Source of the DNA: Felis catus
Lineage: Eukaryota
Assembly (NCBI RefSeq): GCF_018350175.1
Contig: NC_058368.1
Coordinates: 75,394,001 to 75,458,000, forward strand
Reading direction: 5' to 3'
DNA length: 64,000 nucleotides
Position numbers and translations under genes: made by a program. The notes below the pieces were generated by a model. That model saw only the letters and a program-made list of their open reading frames with translations, searched no databases and was not told where the DNA came from. Positions 26,007 through 38,456 of this stretch are shown in pieces (position 1 is the first letter of the stretch; each line of letters starts with the position of its first letter).

Positions 26007-27079
26007 AGCAACAGTCATATTAATAAAAATGTCTAACACTTATATAGCAATTACTATAAGCCATAGACTCTTCTAAGCTCCTTACTTATATTGTCTGAAA
26101 AACAAGAGATACATCCAAATGTTATCTCTATAAACTCATAACTCAGTTCATGGGTTGTAGTTCTCAGCATTCTTCAGACTTAGTACAGTTCAAGGGAAAT
26201 TGGAGAGAATTAAATACGGCTTACAGAAAAAGCACGAATATGCTTTCAGGTATGCACGCGCAACAGGACAAGAGAAGGAAATTCAAGACTCAGTGAAAAT
26301 CAACAGTCTAAAGTAGCCAGCATTGCTGCGGATTATATGGCCGGAGAACCCACATCGCTCCTTTCAAGTCAAGTCCTGGGGTAATTCGCACGGCTTCCTT
26401 CAAAGACTAATTCATTTAACACGGAACAGTACGGTTCAGAGCTGAAGTAATAGTTAACATATTGCTTAACTCTAGCTTGGACTGTTCTTAACACTCATAT
26501 CCTCTTTATTAAAGGATTGCTAGAAAGTCTGAAGCAGATACATATTTTAAGAGGTTTTGTTTTTTCCTAAACTTGGGACTGGGGGAAGGTCCAATGTTAA
26601 AAACAATTGCGAGAGAGATTTAGTTTATATAACATAGCATTGTGTTGGGAACTAATAGGCTATTTTTTTTTTTATCAGCTGTGATAGTGGGTGCTCTGGC
26701 TCCAAGCTTCAAACTTAAAGATCCAAGATTCCTGAAACTCAGCAAATCTCTATGAGTGAAAGTCAACTTCCTCTTTACGTCTTCCCCGGGCACACGTATT
26801 TCATGTTGTGGCTGTCATTGACCAAAATGACAGACATCAGATGAATTACTCCTTTTCTGAGAAGCACAATGCTTTTTATACTAATTATGATGCTTGGAAT
26901 GGAATCAGAAAAGGCTGGGAGTGTAAAGAAAAGGGAAAAAAATGTTGCGATTAGAGTGTAGAGGGCAACAGGCCATCCTTGCCTCTGTATTTTGGGGCAC
27001 AGATTGATCATTAAACACTTTTTAGTACCTCTTGACTACAGACATTTTATATCCCGGATCGAGAAACCTCATAATGAAT

Positions 27080-27190
27080 GAAAGAAAAGGAGGGGAGGGG
27101 CCGGCAAGGAAGGGGATGGGGAGGAGGAAGGGGAAGGGAGGGGAGAGGTAGGGGAGGGAGGAGAGGGAGAGAGGAAGACTAGAAGAAAAC
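27080..27190. repeat. GA-rich polypurine low-complexity tract
   Basis: Direct read. Confidence 0.85.
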
Positions 27191-28084
27191 AACAGGTTGA
27201 GGCAAGAATTCACCTAATGGATTTAACAAGCATAACATAGAATTTGTTTCCAGCCATATGCCATATTTGGGGAAACTCATTCTGAAATAATTTCAGTGTT
27301 TTTTGGTGTCTTCCTTTCATTAATTCACAACCATCTGTCACTCCATAGAAGTGTGATGCACATACCCTAATGAATGCCTCAGAGCAATGCTGATCATTCT
27401 GTACATTATTTTTATCAGTTGGATGTCTGAAGTGGGATCATAATTCTTATCATCATCTTGGTTTTTTTGACCCGTAGACGGATTCTTGAGTCTAACGTTT
27501 CAATTCCCATAGAAAGAAAATACGACTAAGTTTCCATAGTAAGGATTTGCCCTCAGGCAGCCTCTGGGGCCTTTGGAAGAATGGCCTGTGTTCACCCCCA
27601 CACCGTGTTCCTCTTTGCTACTCAGTCCCGTTGTGACGAAGGCTTCTGAACCGGTCGCTTTCACATCTGTCATTAATTCCTCCTTTGGCAAACTCAGAAT
27701 CCGGGAATGACGCTTACCTTCATCCTTGAAAGAGCGCTTTTATCATTTGGGCGGGAATATATTTGCATATACTTGTACCATTTGTTTAATGAAGTAGACT
27801 TGAAAAATATCACCTTCCGCAAGTATAACCAAAAAGCTAATAAATCACTGCTGTCACTTCTTAACAAAATATTAGCTTAATAAAGGGCAGAGACCATACT
27901 CACTTCAATTTTATCTAATCATAAGCACACCTTTATGGAAAAATAATTTGCATATATTGTATTCGATTCCACGTACGGGAAATGTACATCTTATTTTTCT
28001 AATTAACGGCTAGCGTCATGCTTTTAAAAAAAGAAAAAAAAAACTTTTATTTGTATAGGAATAACCTTGGGTTCTGAGTAACAC

Positions 28085-28202
28085 GCAGATGCTGTTTCAG
28101 CAGGTTTGAGGGTGAAGGACGGGGATTCTCATTTCTAACAAGCTCTTTGGGGCTGCTGGAGCCCCGCGCTCACAGAATTATTTTTAGTAGCAAGGTGTTA
28201 GA
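28085..28202. mobile_element. MER5-like fragment
   Basis: ttcagcaggtttgagggtgaaggacggggattctcatttctaacaagctc...tagtagcaaggtgttag. Confidence 0.65.
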
Positions 28203-28858
28203 ACGCCCCAATGCATTATTACCCTTTTGAAGATTCTCTTTTTCACAGTTATCCTTAAATCCCCACAATTTATTCAGGCAAAAGGGGCTTGCTGGTAATG
28301 ATGGGCAGAGAGCCAGCTGGGAACTTTAGTTATGCTGACGACTGGACGGCTGCCTTGTCCCCTTGAGTCCCTGATGTTCCTCTTCGAAGGGACCCTCCGT
28401 GGCCCCTGGGCAGTTCCATGGTGCAACAGCACTCATTCTCGGGCTGCAGCACACACTTTTCTCACCTCACACACACACACATACTCACTCTTCTCCAGCA
28501 CAAAGCACAGTTCCAGGGCAATTGCTTGGAAAGGGGCTTTCAGCCGTGGCCAAAGACTTTCTCAGAATTGCCCATACTTCCTCCCTGACTTACACGTCCA
28601 CCAAAACGCTTAGTTTCTTCCCTGATCCCAGGTCTTCAGTACAGAGCGAATGTCAGATAACAACAGCAGCAATGACAAGACCAGCATCTTTAAGGGTTGT
28701 GCACCTGCTCCGAGGAGCTGACGAGTCGGCCGTGTTTGGCTCCAACTTCCTACTGGGTCACTAGGAACCTAATGGCCCGAGTTTGTATCACAAACACCAT
28801 TCCAGCGACCTTTTCATCTGGACGGAAGATGAATTTTTCCTCTGTTGAAAAAATGAGA

Positions 28859-29067
28859 GGGGTGCTTGGGTGGCTCAGTCGGTTAAGGGTCTGACCTTAG
28901 CCCAGGTGATAACCTCACAGCTCTTGGGTTCGAGCCCCGTGTTGGGCTCTGTGCTGACAGCTCAGAGCTTAGAGTCTGCCTTGGATTCTGTGTCTCCTTC
29001 TCTCTCTGCCCCTCCCCTGTTTGTGCTCTCTCTTTCTCTCTCTCTCTCAAAAATTAATAAAAATTTT
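28859..29067 (+). mobile_element. CanSINE (SINEC_Fc family)
   Basis: Head, CT tract and A tail. TSD gaaaaaatgaga / gaaaaaatagaga. Confidence 0.96.
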
Positions 29068-31133
29068 GAAAAAATAGAGAAAAAACATCCCTGCCACTAT
29101 TTCTGAATCTTGAACTACCGTATGTGCGATTGATTGATAATTTAAGTTGTATTCACATCACCGTTGCTATGTTGGTGCTTATGAGGGGTTATGGCAAATT
29201 GACAGAGTAAAAACATCAATAAATACACATGGTGGTTTTATTTTATCTTACCAATTATTAAACTGGAAAGGTTATTTCCCCAAATATTTCCCCAGTGAGT
29301 TATTAGATCTGATATTGTGTTTATGTATTCTTTCACAATAAGTTGATAGTGGATCTTGAATTACAGAGGTCTTTCATTCATTTGAACCTAATGGGAACAT
29401 TCAATGGGAAAAACATTCATTTTAGGGAGGAAGGTTTAGCTTAACTGAGGCCATGAGAGAGATTTATAACAAAATAAAACCTTTCAATAATGTATTCATA
29501 ATGGCTAACATACAGAAGCAAACTCTCATTGGATACCACCATAGACTGCTTTTTACCATCTTTAAAGCATTCAAAATCCTATCCAAAAGTTAAGGAAATC
29601 AAAAGTTGTTGAATGTGATGGAAATGCTCTGCCTGGTAGGCATACTTCTTAGCGTTCCTTCAAAAACAAAGAACATGTGAAAAATATAGGCAGTCTTTAC
29701 TTTATATCTGTTGATCATTAAATTATTTCATGCTGTAAATAGGAACCTGCCAAAGATTGTAATTGGCTTCAATGGGTACCAGACACTTCCTTTGTTATTA
29801 TTATTTACTACAATTATATTTACAAATTTTTAATAAATGGATTGATTATATCTCACAAGGTATTCAACTAGGTTCTCACCAGGTGCACGTGTGCACACAA
29901 TGCAGTTATTGGAGGGAAAATAAAACTCACATTGATGTGAAGGAATCCTTTTACCCTCACTTTCTGAATCAGAATACATAACAATTAATAAAATACAGAC
30001 AAGGAAACTAGAATACCTTGCAACGTGTAGTGTGTGTAAAAACAACATCAGAATTCGTGGTGTGCATAGCGTTTGGATCTTGGACGTCTTTTTTATTACA
30101 CTGAATGAGAGCTATGCACCAGGACAGAACATACGTGAACCCCTTCTGCATCACTAACAGAGCCACAGGAGCCTGAGAGGAGAGGTCTGCAGCTGCGATC
30201 ATTTCCAGCACTTTCTACAGTTCACAGACTTAGGCACATACTAAAGATGGGATAAAAGGGTTCTGACACGTGTCATTCCCTCTGACCATTAATCTGCTTA
30301 TTTGGTCATGAAGAATTTGGTATTTACTACTGGTTTTTCATATACCTCCTCTTAGTTCCTTACAAACATAGAGGAAAACGTCAAGTGACTACAAAAGGAC
30401 TACTTTATTTTTTATATTGTATGAGAGGAATTTGGCCAAGTTCAACTATTGAACCCTCATGGGCTGTGCTTTGAGCAGCAGTTTACATTTAAGCACAGGT
30501 TTACTGAGTACCATCAGCTATGACAAATTTGTGTGAATGGCTCAGTCTTACGTCTTTGAATTCTGACGACTTTTCTCCCAAATGGCCTAGAAGTACTTCT
30601 ATTTGTGTTCTCTTATTATCCTCCCCCTCCTCCTCCTCTACCTTCCTCTTTTGGTACACAGAGTCTATGAGATGGGTTAAGAATCTTCCATCCATGTTTT
30701 GTAGGTGATAGATGTAGTAAGAGATGCGTCTCGTGAACGGAGGTGACATGATGTTTTCATTTTAAAGTGTAAAACTTCCAAGGGCAAAAAAAGTACAGAA
30801 ATATTCAGGATCTAGGCAGAAATGTAACACCGCAGTGTGAGAAGTCATCGAGTGGCAAATGAAAATTATGGAAAGACCGGTAATTCGTGGAAAATCATAA
30901 ACTTGAAGCTTTACGAATTTTGATTCAATGAAGTAGAACACAGGAAGCCCCAGCAGAGCCTTAATGAACATGGAAGGGTGGAGCCCAAGTGTTACAGAAA
31001 CACCAAAGAAAATGGTTTTGCTTTGCCTTGGCTGTAAGAGGAAGTCAGGCAGCCACAGACCAGGTAGAGAAAGGTTTATGATTTTACGTGGTTTCATTTT
31101 TCTCTTCCTTACTTTCCTTCTAAAGGATATTGG

Positions 31134-31347
31134 GGGGCGCCTGGGGGGCGCAGTCGGTTAGGCGTCCGACTTCAGCCAGGTCGCGATCTCGCACTCCGTG
31201 AGTTCGAGCCCCGCGTCAGGCTCTGGGCTGATGGCTCGGAGCCTGGAGCCTGTTTCCGATTCTGTGTCTCCCTCTCTCTCTGCCCCTTCCCCGTTCATGC
31301 TCTGTCTCTCTCTGTCCCAAAAATAAATAAACGTTGAAAAAAAAAAT
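31134..31347 (+). mobile_element. Young SINEC_Fc
   Basis: CpG-rich body. Perfect TSD taaaggatattgg at 31121 and 31348. Confidence 0.98.
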
Positions 31348-31934
31348 TAAAGGATATTGGGTCCCAAAGTTGGTCTCTCAGAGAGGTCACATGATTGAAA
31401 GGGGAAAATGAAAAGGGAAAGAGTTAAGGAGCAAATGCAGAAGCAAAGAAAGATGGCAGCACGGGGTAAAGAAACATTTTACACAGAGATATTCAGGCAG
31501 ATGTTCGTGCGTTGGATTGTAGGCATTAAAACATAATTTTAAAAGACTGCTGGAAACGGGAGGATTAGGGCAAAACTGTGAAGCATACTCCATCATAAAT
31601 TAAGTGGAATTGATGAAATAACACTGTGCATTAAAGAGATAAACAACTTGGAAGATAATCATGTGCTCTATTCTCTGAGAGTTTCATTTTGGAGAAATAG
31701 GTTTCAGAAATGCCCCCGGCTCTGCTGTGATCAGAAATTCCAGGATAAGATTCAGCACATGGAAAACTCTTAGAAACCTGGGCAGGTCACACGATCTTGA
31801 AAGTAAAGTCTAAGGGTAGAGGAAACACTAAACCATAACAATTTTATTATTTTGTTTAAATAAAATAATATTGGGGAGATAACTGGCTAGATAAATAAAC
31901 ATAAGAGATTAGTAAAGAATGAAGCATTTTGAAG

Positions 31935-32145
31935 TTTTTACTTATTTTTTTCACTTAGAGAGGGAGTGAGAAAGAGGGAACATGTCCAAGTTGGGTAGGG
32001 GCAGAGGGAGAGAGAGGGAACTCCACACGGGCTCTGCACCACCAGCCCAAAGCCCAGAGCCCAACGCAGGGTGCAAACTCAGGAACCCATGAGATCATGA
32101 CCTGAGCAGGTAGGACACTTAACCAACTGAGCCACCAGGAGCCCC
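31935..32145 (-). mobile_element. CanSINE (diverged)
   Basis: gagatcatgacctgagc...cttaaccaactgagccaccaggagcccc. Confidence 0.9.
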
Positions 32146-32502
32146 AATTGTGAGAGGAAAAGTAGCATCAAAAGAAAGCACATTACAAAACGCAATGACT
32201 TAAGGTGATTCAGATCTGAAAACAAGTTCTCATCGTAAGTGGGATACATCCGTGGGGAATTTTCTGGAAGCTAAATGAAAGGCTTCGCTCGATACAAAAT
32301 TTAACACATTTCCACAATACAACTGTGCTGTAATTTATCGAACTGCTCTCCAGTTGGTGGGGGCGGGGGGTGGGGAGGGTCGTGTTCATGTTCCTGACTC
32401 CATTGGCTCAGGAGCAGGTATAAAATTTAAGATGGGCACGAAAAAACCCTGAGCAATCAAGATAAATAATATTTTAATAAACATTTTAAAAACTCAGAAT
32501 GA

Positions 32503-32670
32503 GGGGCGCCTGGATGGCTCAGGCAGTTACGTGACTCTTGGTTTCAGCTCAGGTCATGGTCTTATGGTTTCATGAGTTCCAACCCAGAGTCCAGCTCTGG
32601 GCTGACAGTGGGGAGCCGGCCTGGGATTCTCTCTCCTTCTCTCTCCTCCTCTATCTGCCCCTCCCCCACC

Positions 32671-32713
<43 letters not shown>

Positions 32714-32748
32714 GCTCTCTTTCTCAAAATAAGTAAACTTAAAAAAAA
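32503..32748 (+). mobile_element. CanSINE (older subfamily)
   Basis: ggggcgcctggatggctcagg head, long (CT)n and A tail. Confidence 0.95.
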
Positions 32749-32757
32749 GTTCTACTT

Positions 32758-32960
32758 GGGCAACTGGGTGGCTCAGTCAGTTAAGCATCTGACTTCCACT
32801 CAGGTCATAATCTAGCAGTTCATGAGTTCGAGCCCCATGTAGGACAGCTCAGAGCTTGAAGCCTGCTTTGGATTCTGTGTCTCCCTCTCTCTCTGCACCT
32901 CCCCCGCTCATGCTCGCTCTCTCTCTCTCTCTCTCTCTCAAAAATAAATAAAAAAATTAA
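32758..32960 (+). mobile_element. CanSINE inserted at the tail of the preceding SINE
   Basis: Head ctgggtggctcagtcagttaagc. Degenerate TSD aaaaagttctactt / aaaaattctattt. Confidence 0.93.
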
Positions 32961-33877
32961 AAATTCTATTTAAAAATTCAAAATTAATGAAAAATGTCCA
33001 CTATGAACAAAATACAAAAATGTTAAACAAACACAGGTCAGTCTGACTCTCACTTTGTTAAATATTACCCCTGTGGGGTGTATCTGAGGAGTGCAGTTGA
33101 TCTCGCTTAGTTTGTTTGCTTGCTTTTGTTTTTGCTTTTTTTTTAATTTTTTTTAACTTTTTAGTTTTTTTTAATGGAAGAGCAAACTGAAATTGTGCTC
33201 CATGAATGGTGTTGACAGGAAAGACTGTTAACTTCTATGTTTGATTTTTGAAAGCACCAAAAATGTCCAGTGGTAGATAAAAAACAAAACAAAACAGAAC
33301 AACGATGCAATATCCCTACATAGATAAGAAAACAATTTCATTACGGTATGTTCATTTTAAATAGTCATGTAATTGATGTGTAAATGAGGTTTATGGAAAA
33401 TAAAATTCTGCTGTTTCCAGATAGAGTCCTTTGGGGTACATCGTTGGGTTTTATTGAAGATCACGTGAATCATTGGTTGTAGAAGTTGGAATATCATCAA
33501 ATATAAAGGTACTAGAAAATTAAAACTAAAGACATAAGGTAATAATTCCAGCACGGGTGCATGGACCCAACGAGCACCAAATATTACGTAAGACATATGG
33601 TGGGTACTTTCTCTTCATTAGTGTTAATGCATTATTATCAGGTTTCTCCTGCTAGAACAAAGATCAGTAAAATAATCTTGCAGCTCAGACTAATGGAACC
33701 TCATAAAAAATACAGTAGCTCCGAAGGAAGCAGGGCAACATGGCGAGAGAACAGATAAATATGATTCGAGCGTCATTTTCCTACCATCCCTATGTGACTA
33801 TAAAATCTTTGGTCCTTGCTGGAGAAAAATCGTTAAGTTCAAACGCTGGGAATGACCAAAGGCGGCACATCTAGGTT

Positions 33878-34030
33878 TTTGCTACTCAAATTGTGGTCTC
33901 AGGACAACAGAGTCATCATCACTTGCAGCTTCATAGAAATATAGTCCTTCTGGCTGTACCCTGAAACTCCTAAGCCAGAATCTGCAGCTTGATATGATTC
34001 CCCTGGTGACTCTTTGTGGAGAAGGACGAT
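33878..34030. mobile_element. MER5A-like MITE
   Basis: tgctactcaaattgtggtctcaggacaacagagtcatcatcacttgcagcttcatagaaat...cagaatctgca...ttcccctggtgactc. Confidence 0.75.
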
Positions 34031-36083
34031 TTTGTTATCATCTAGTTGAACCAAACAGCGTTTAAATGGTTCCGTGTTACACACGTCCTGGAAACTAGCA
34101 CAGAATTGAGCGTATGCACATAGAGGCCCGTGTACATGTGGCAAGCATATACCGTTCCATTGTTAGAATAATGGGTGCAACTCGTCTTTTTTCCATAATG
34201 GATTCCTAAACGATACAAGTAACGGTTGTTCAAGCAATGAGTAACACAAACTTGTCATTTTCATCATCAAAGAAAATTACCACATTTGTTAATAAGATTT
34301 ACGAAGTTTATGGCTTCTCATTTTTGCCTTAGAGAAATGGAATGCAATATGAAACCGTTGTTAATTTTTTTGTATTTCTGATGGAAACTAATATTAGACC
34401 AAAGTTAGATACATAAGAAAAAAGAGAAGTCTAGTCATAGCAAATACAAAGAAAAAACATAGACTTATTTTTATTGTATTTCCCACAGACATGATAAAAG
34501 TGGGCATATTCAGCGTTGGTGAGGAAAGATTTAATTGCTGTGGCTGTGAGTGTTATTAATCCAATATGACAACAATGCAAATACTTGCCCATCACAAGAG
34601 TTCATTTCAATTGGAAAGACCATAATGAGACAGAAGTTGTTCTATTCAACTCAAAAAGAAACAAAAACCAAAATTAGGAGAAAATAGCGATGATAATGAT
34701 ACTGAAAATATCACTCGCAGGGAAGATGTGTTTCCTTCCAATTGTTGTTAGTCAAACTGGAATAATAGTAAAATGTCTTTACTAAAATAAATCACAGTTT
34801 ATGTTTCATGTTAATCACTGAATTATAGAACAATTTGCATTGTAACGTGATGTGATTTTTTTTTCCAAGTTACTATAATTGATTAATGGCAAGCATATAC
34901 AAACACCATTTGCCACTTGTGTATAGATTATGTGAGAGTCAAATACGGCAACAATTAGGTTATTGACTAGATGATTAAAGGAAACCTCAACCATCCAGCG
35001 GTTTTAGTTGACAAGACAGATCTGTAACTGAACTAAGCACAAGATGAACACAGTTAATTCAACTATTCAAAAACAATTATTGATTTACTTTTGATGTCAA
35101 GCAGCGGAGTAAGTACTGGGTCTGAAAGATTAGTCAGGATCTACTTGAAGGAATTCACAGTCCCTCACCTATTGGTCATGACATTCTGTGCCTCAGCAAC
35201 AGATTTCTTACCACCAGTATTGCTTTTAAGTAAATTTTGTTCAAGTTAATTTACTGAAGATGTAAACTCAGGAGCCCATAATCGGTGCCAAGGTGAATGA
35301 GTATGGAGGGAGGATATTTAATCAATCAATTAGGAGGACCAGAAATCCTTCAAATTGGTTGGACAAGACTCAGAGATAGTAAGGGGAGCTGTACAATATA
35401 CGGTGCCCTTTTCAGTTATGGTTTTTAGATTTTTTCAGGTTGGTTTTTAGTGAATTATTTTGATTTGATACTTTGCCTCCCCAGTGTTTTACTGGAGTTC
35501 ATAAAGAGTGCTCTCTACTAACACAAACCTTTTATGTACAACTATCTATAAATGTGTACATGTGTATGTACCTTTCTTTCATTATTTCATCTTATAGGAA
35601 GTGTTTACAGAAGCAAATCATGAAATGTATCTTTCTCCACGCGGTGATGTCCCAACAGTAGAAAATGGATCCTTTACTTCAAATTAAAACTAATATAAAA
35701 TGGAGAATTGTCATGAAATTGCTTTCCACGCTGCCCTGCATTAAGGCCTCATTCTTGCCCCGACTTTCCTACAGGTGACTATGCTTTGGGCAATGAAGTT
35801 CCACATTTATCACAAAAATATCATTTACATTGTGTCCAGGTGGAACGTAGGCTTTGCTGTCTTGCTGTCACAGCATGGAAAATTATATGATTTCTGCATT
35901 TCTGGAAACATGCTTGGAAAAGAATCTTTCAAGAATTGCTGAAGATTGAACATTTTTCGAAAATGACACTTTTCTAATATTTAATTGGAAATCAATGAAT
36001 GGTTGGCTAGCTGAGGTTGAATTAAATATTAAGGTGCAATAGGAGGAAACCACAAATATGCTGATATTACCTATACTTACAAT

Positions 36084-36287
36084 GTTTTTTGGGGTTTTTT
36101 GGTCGGGGGGGAGAGACACAGACTGTGAACGGAGGAGGGGCAGAGAGAGAGGGAGACACAGAATCCGAAACAGGCTCCAGGCTCTGAGCGGTCAGTACAG
36201 ACCCCAGTGCAGGGCTCTCATTCATGAACAGCAAGATCATGACCTGGGCCAAAGTCGGATGCTGAACTGACTGAGCCACCCAGGCGC
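36084..36287 (-). mobile_element. CanSINE (SINEC_Fc family)
   Basis: gagacacagaatccgaaacaggctccagg...ctgagccacccaggcgc. Confidence 0.95.
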
Positions 36288-36418
36288 GTACCCCCTGCCC
36301 CACAAAATGGTTCTAATTCATTTCACTTCATAGGCAAAATGAACCCTTAACTTATGTTACATGGAACATTCCAAAGAAATCTCAATCATAGAGGTCAGAT
36401 ACCATACAGGTTAAACTA

Positions 36419-36652
36419 TCTCTCTTTCTCTCTCTCTCTCTCTCTAATTATATATATATATACATATATATACATATATATATACATATATATACATATA
36501 TATATACATATATTCCATATAATTATAAATATATTCTGAAATATATAATATATAGTCTGAAATATATATTGTGGGAAATATAAATATATTAAATACATAA
36601 ATATATCACATACATAAATTTGCTAAATATACATAATATATTTATATATATG
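36419..36652. repeat. (CT)n + (TA/TACA)n AT-rich low-complexity tract
   Basis: Direct read. Confidence 0.93.
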
Positions 36653-38396
36653 CTTGTTTCATATTTTCAGAATTTCAACTCAACACATGCAAAACAAACT
36701 TATTCTAGTGCAAGGCAATCACATACACTTTCTTTAGGGCATCGTATTTATTTTTATGCCCATTGCATAGGATTCTTCTTCCAGTCCACATTGCTACTGG
36801 AAATGTTTCAAGGAAGCTGTATTTTCACTTGTGTTGATCCTGCCAGACATCAGGCCTTAGACACTGAAGGCCCAGGCCTGTACTCTGCACAAGACTCACA
36901 GTCTAGTGAGGACTGTACAAACCTTCTCTCTAAATTGTAGTGACCCATTTGTCCAGGAATCAGGCATTTGCTCAGAAGAGAGTATGGTGAGCCGCAAAGG
37001 GTGAGGCTTGCGATCCGTTTTGTAGGATGTGGCAAGGACTGGATAACTGTAAAACTTTTTGACAATGTGATACTGTTTTAAGAAAGAATTTCCTACAGCC
37101 CGACAGCCTTCTCATTTGTAACGTTCAATCTCTTTAAGACCGGGCCCCTTACCAGGTCCCAGTTCTGTGATAGCCGAATAAATGTTGTAGCCAACTTGGG
37201 AATAGTTCAGCCTTGGTTGATCCCATAGTAGATGGTGTCCATTTATGGTGAAAAATCAATTATTTTGACTCAGTCATTATTGGTTTAAAGTGCGTGATTT
37301 ATTGTATTTTTTTAGACCCATAGAATAACTTCTCTTGATTCTACTTAAGTCTCTTCCCAGAGGAAAAGAAATTTAGTAAGAGTTGGAAGTGGACATTGGC
37401 CCTGGGTAGAGGCTTCTGTTTTCTAGGATGTTAGCGTTATGCCAGACTCTGCTAACCTGGGTGGTCATTTTTAATGTGGACATTTTTCTAAGGAAGTAGA
37501 CCGAAACCACTAAACATATTTGCTCCATGAGCTAAACCACAATAAAACAGAGGTCTCCTGTGTATAGCTTTCCTCACTCTTTGAATACAGCTCATTCTTA
37601 TTTTATTTCCATAAGAAACAAATGCCCTTTAGAAAGTTTTCTTTTGAAGTTTAAATGCAGTTGTGTAAGTGTGTGAATGCATGTGTCTCCAAAAATGCAA
37701 TTACATGCAAGTATCTGATTAAATGATGAAATGACCATTTCTTCAGGACAGTTAAGTGTCCTCTGAGGGTTTAAGCATGCCAAACCCCCAAACCCCAGCT
37801 GGACGATCCGTCATCACCCACCTATTGTAAACGTGAATGCATGAAATGGGAGAAAATCTAGTGTCATAAGTGAGTAATCGTCAGATTCCAAAAAAGATAA
37901 TGCTGCTCTGGAAATCTATTTGGAAAGAAGGGTTTCGTTTTTATGGCTTTTTTCTTCTTCAACCCTAGCTATTCAACATCACTTCAGAGACTTTACATGA
38001 TCTTGTCTTTCCTTTTTCTTCGTTTTTCTTTCTGCCTGGACGTTAGCCTCTGGTCCCCACAAAAAGAGAAAAGGGCCATTCATTTTGAGATCAGGAACCC
38101 TCTGAATCACACAGAGAGCTCAGGGAGGTGAAGGGATTCCCCAGGGATCATGACTAGGAGGCTAAAGACTTGATCTCATGCTTAGTCCTGCTCTCGTGTG
38201 AGCGGGAGAATATTTCGCTACTCTCCTCCCCGGTTCTGGGTTCTCTTCAGTCTGAAGGAGAGTATGACTTTCGTGAAACTAGTAAGCTATGCACAGCACC
38301 CGTGTCATGATTTCTCTGCATAACTCTGCGAGGTAAGTAGAATTCCAAATGTTATCTGGGCATTTTTTGCTCCAGGTTACCTGGGAAATATATTCA

Positions 38397-38456
38397 ATAA
38401 TATAATATAATATAATATAATATAATATAATATAATATAATATAATATAATATAAT
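38397..38456. repeat. (AATAT)n pentanucleotide microsatellite
   Basis: About 11-12 perfect copies read directly. Confidence 0.97.

Noticed and set aside
38251..38332. Exon-like segment (ctcttcAG ... GAG|GTAAGT), 82 nt
   Set aside because: Stops occur in all frames and it appears to overlap a MIR-like relic.
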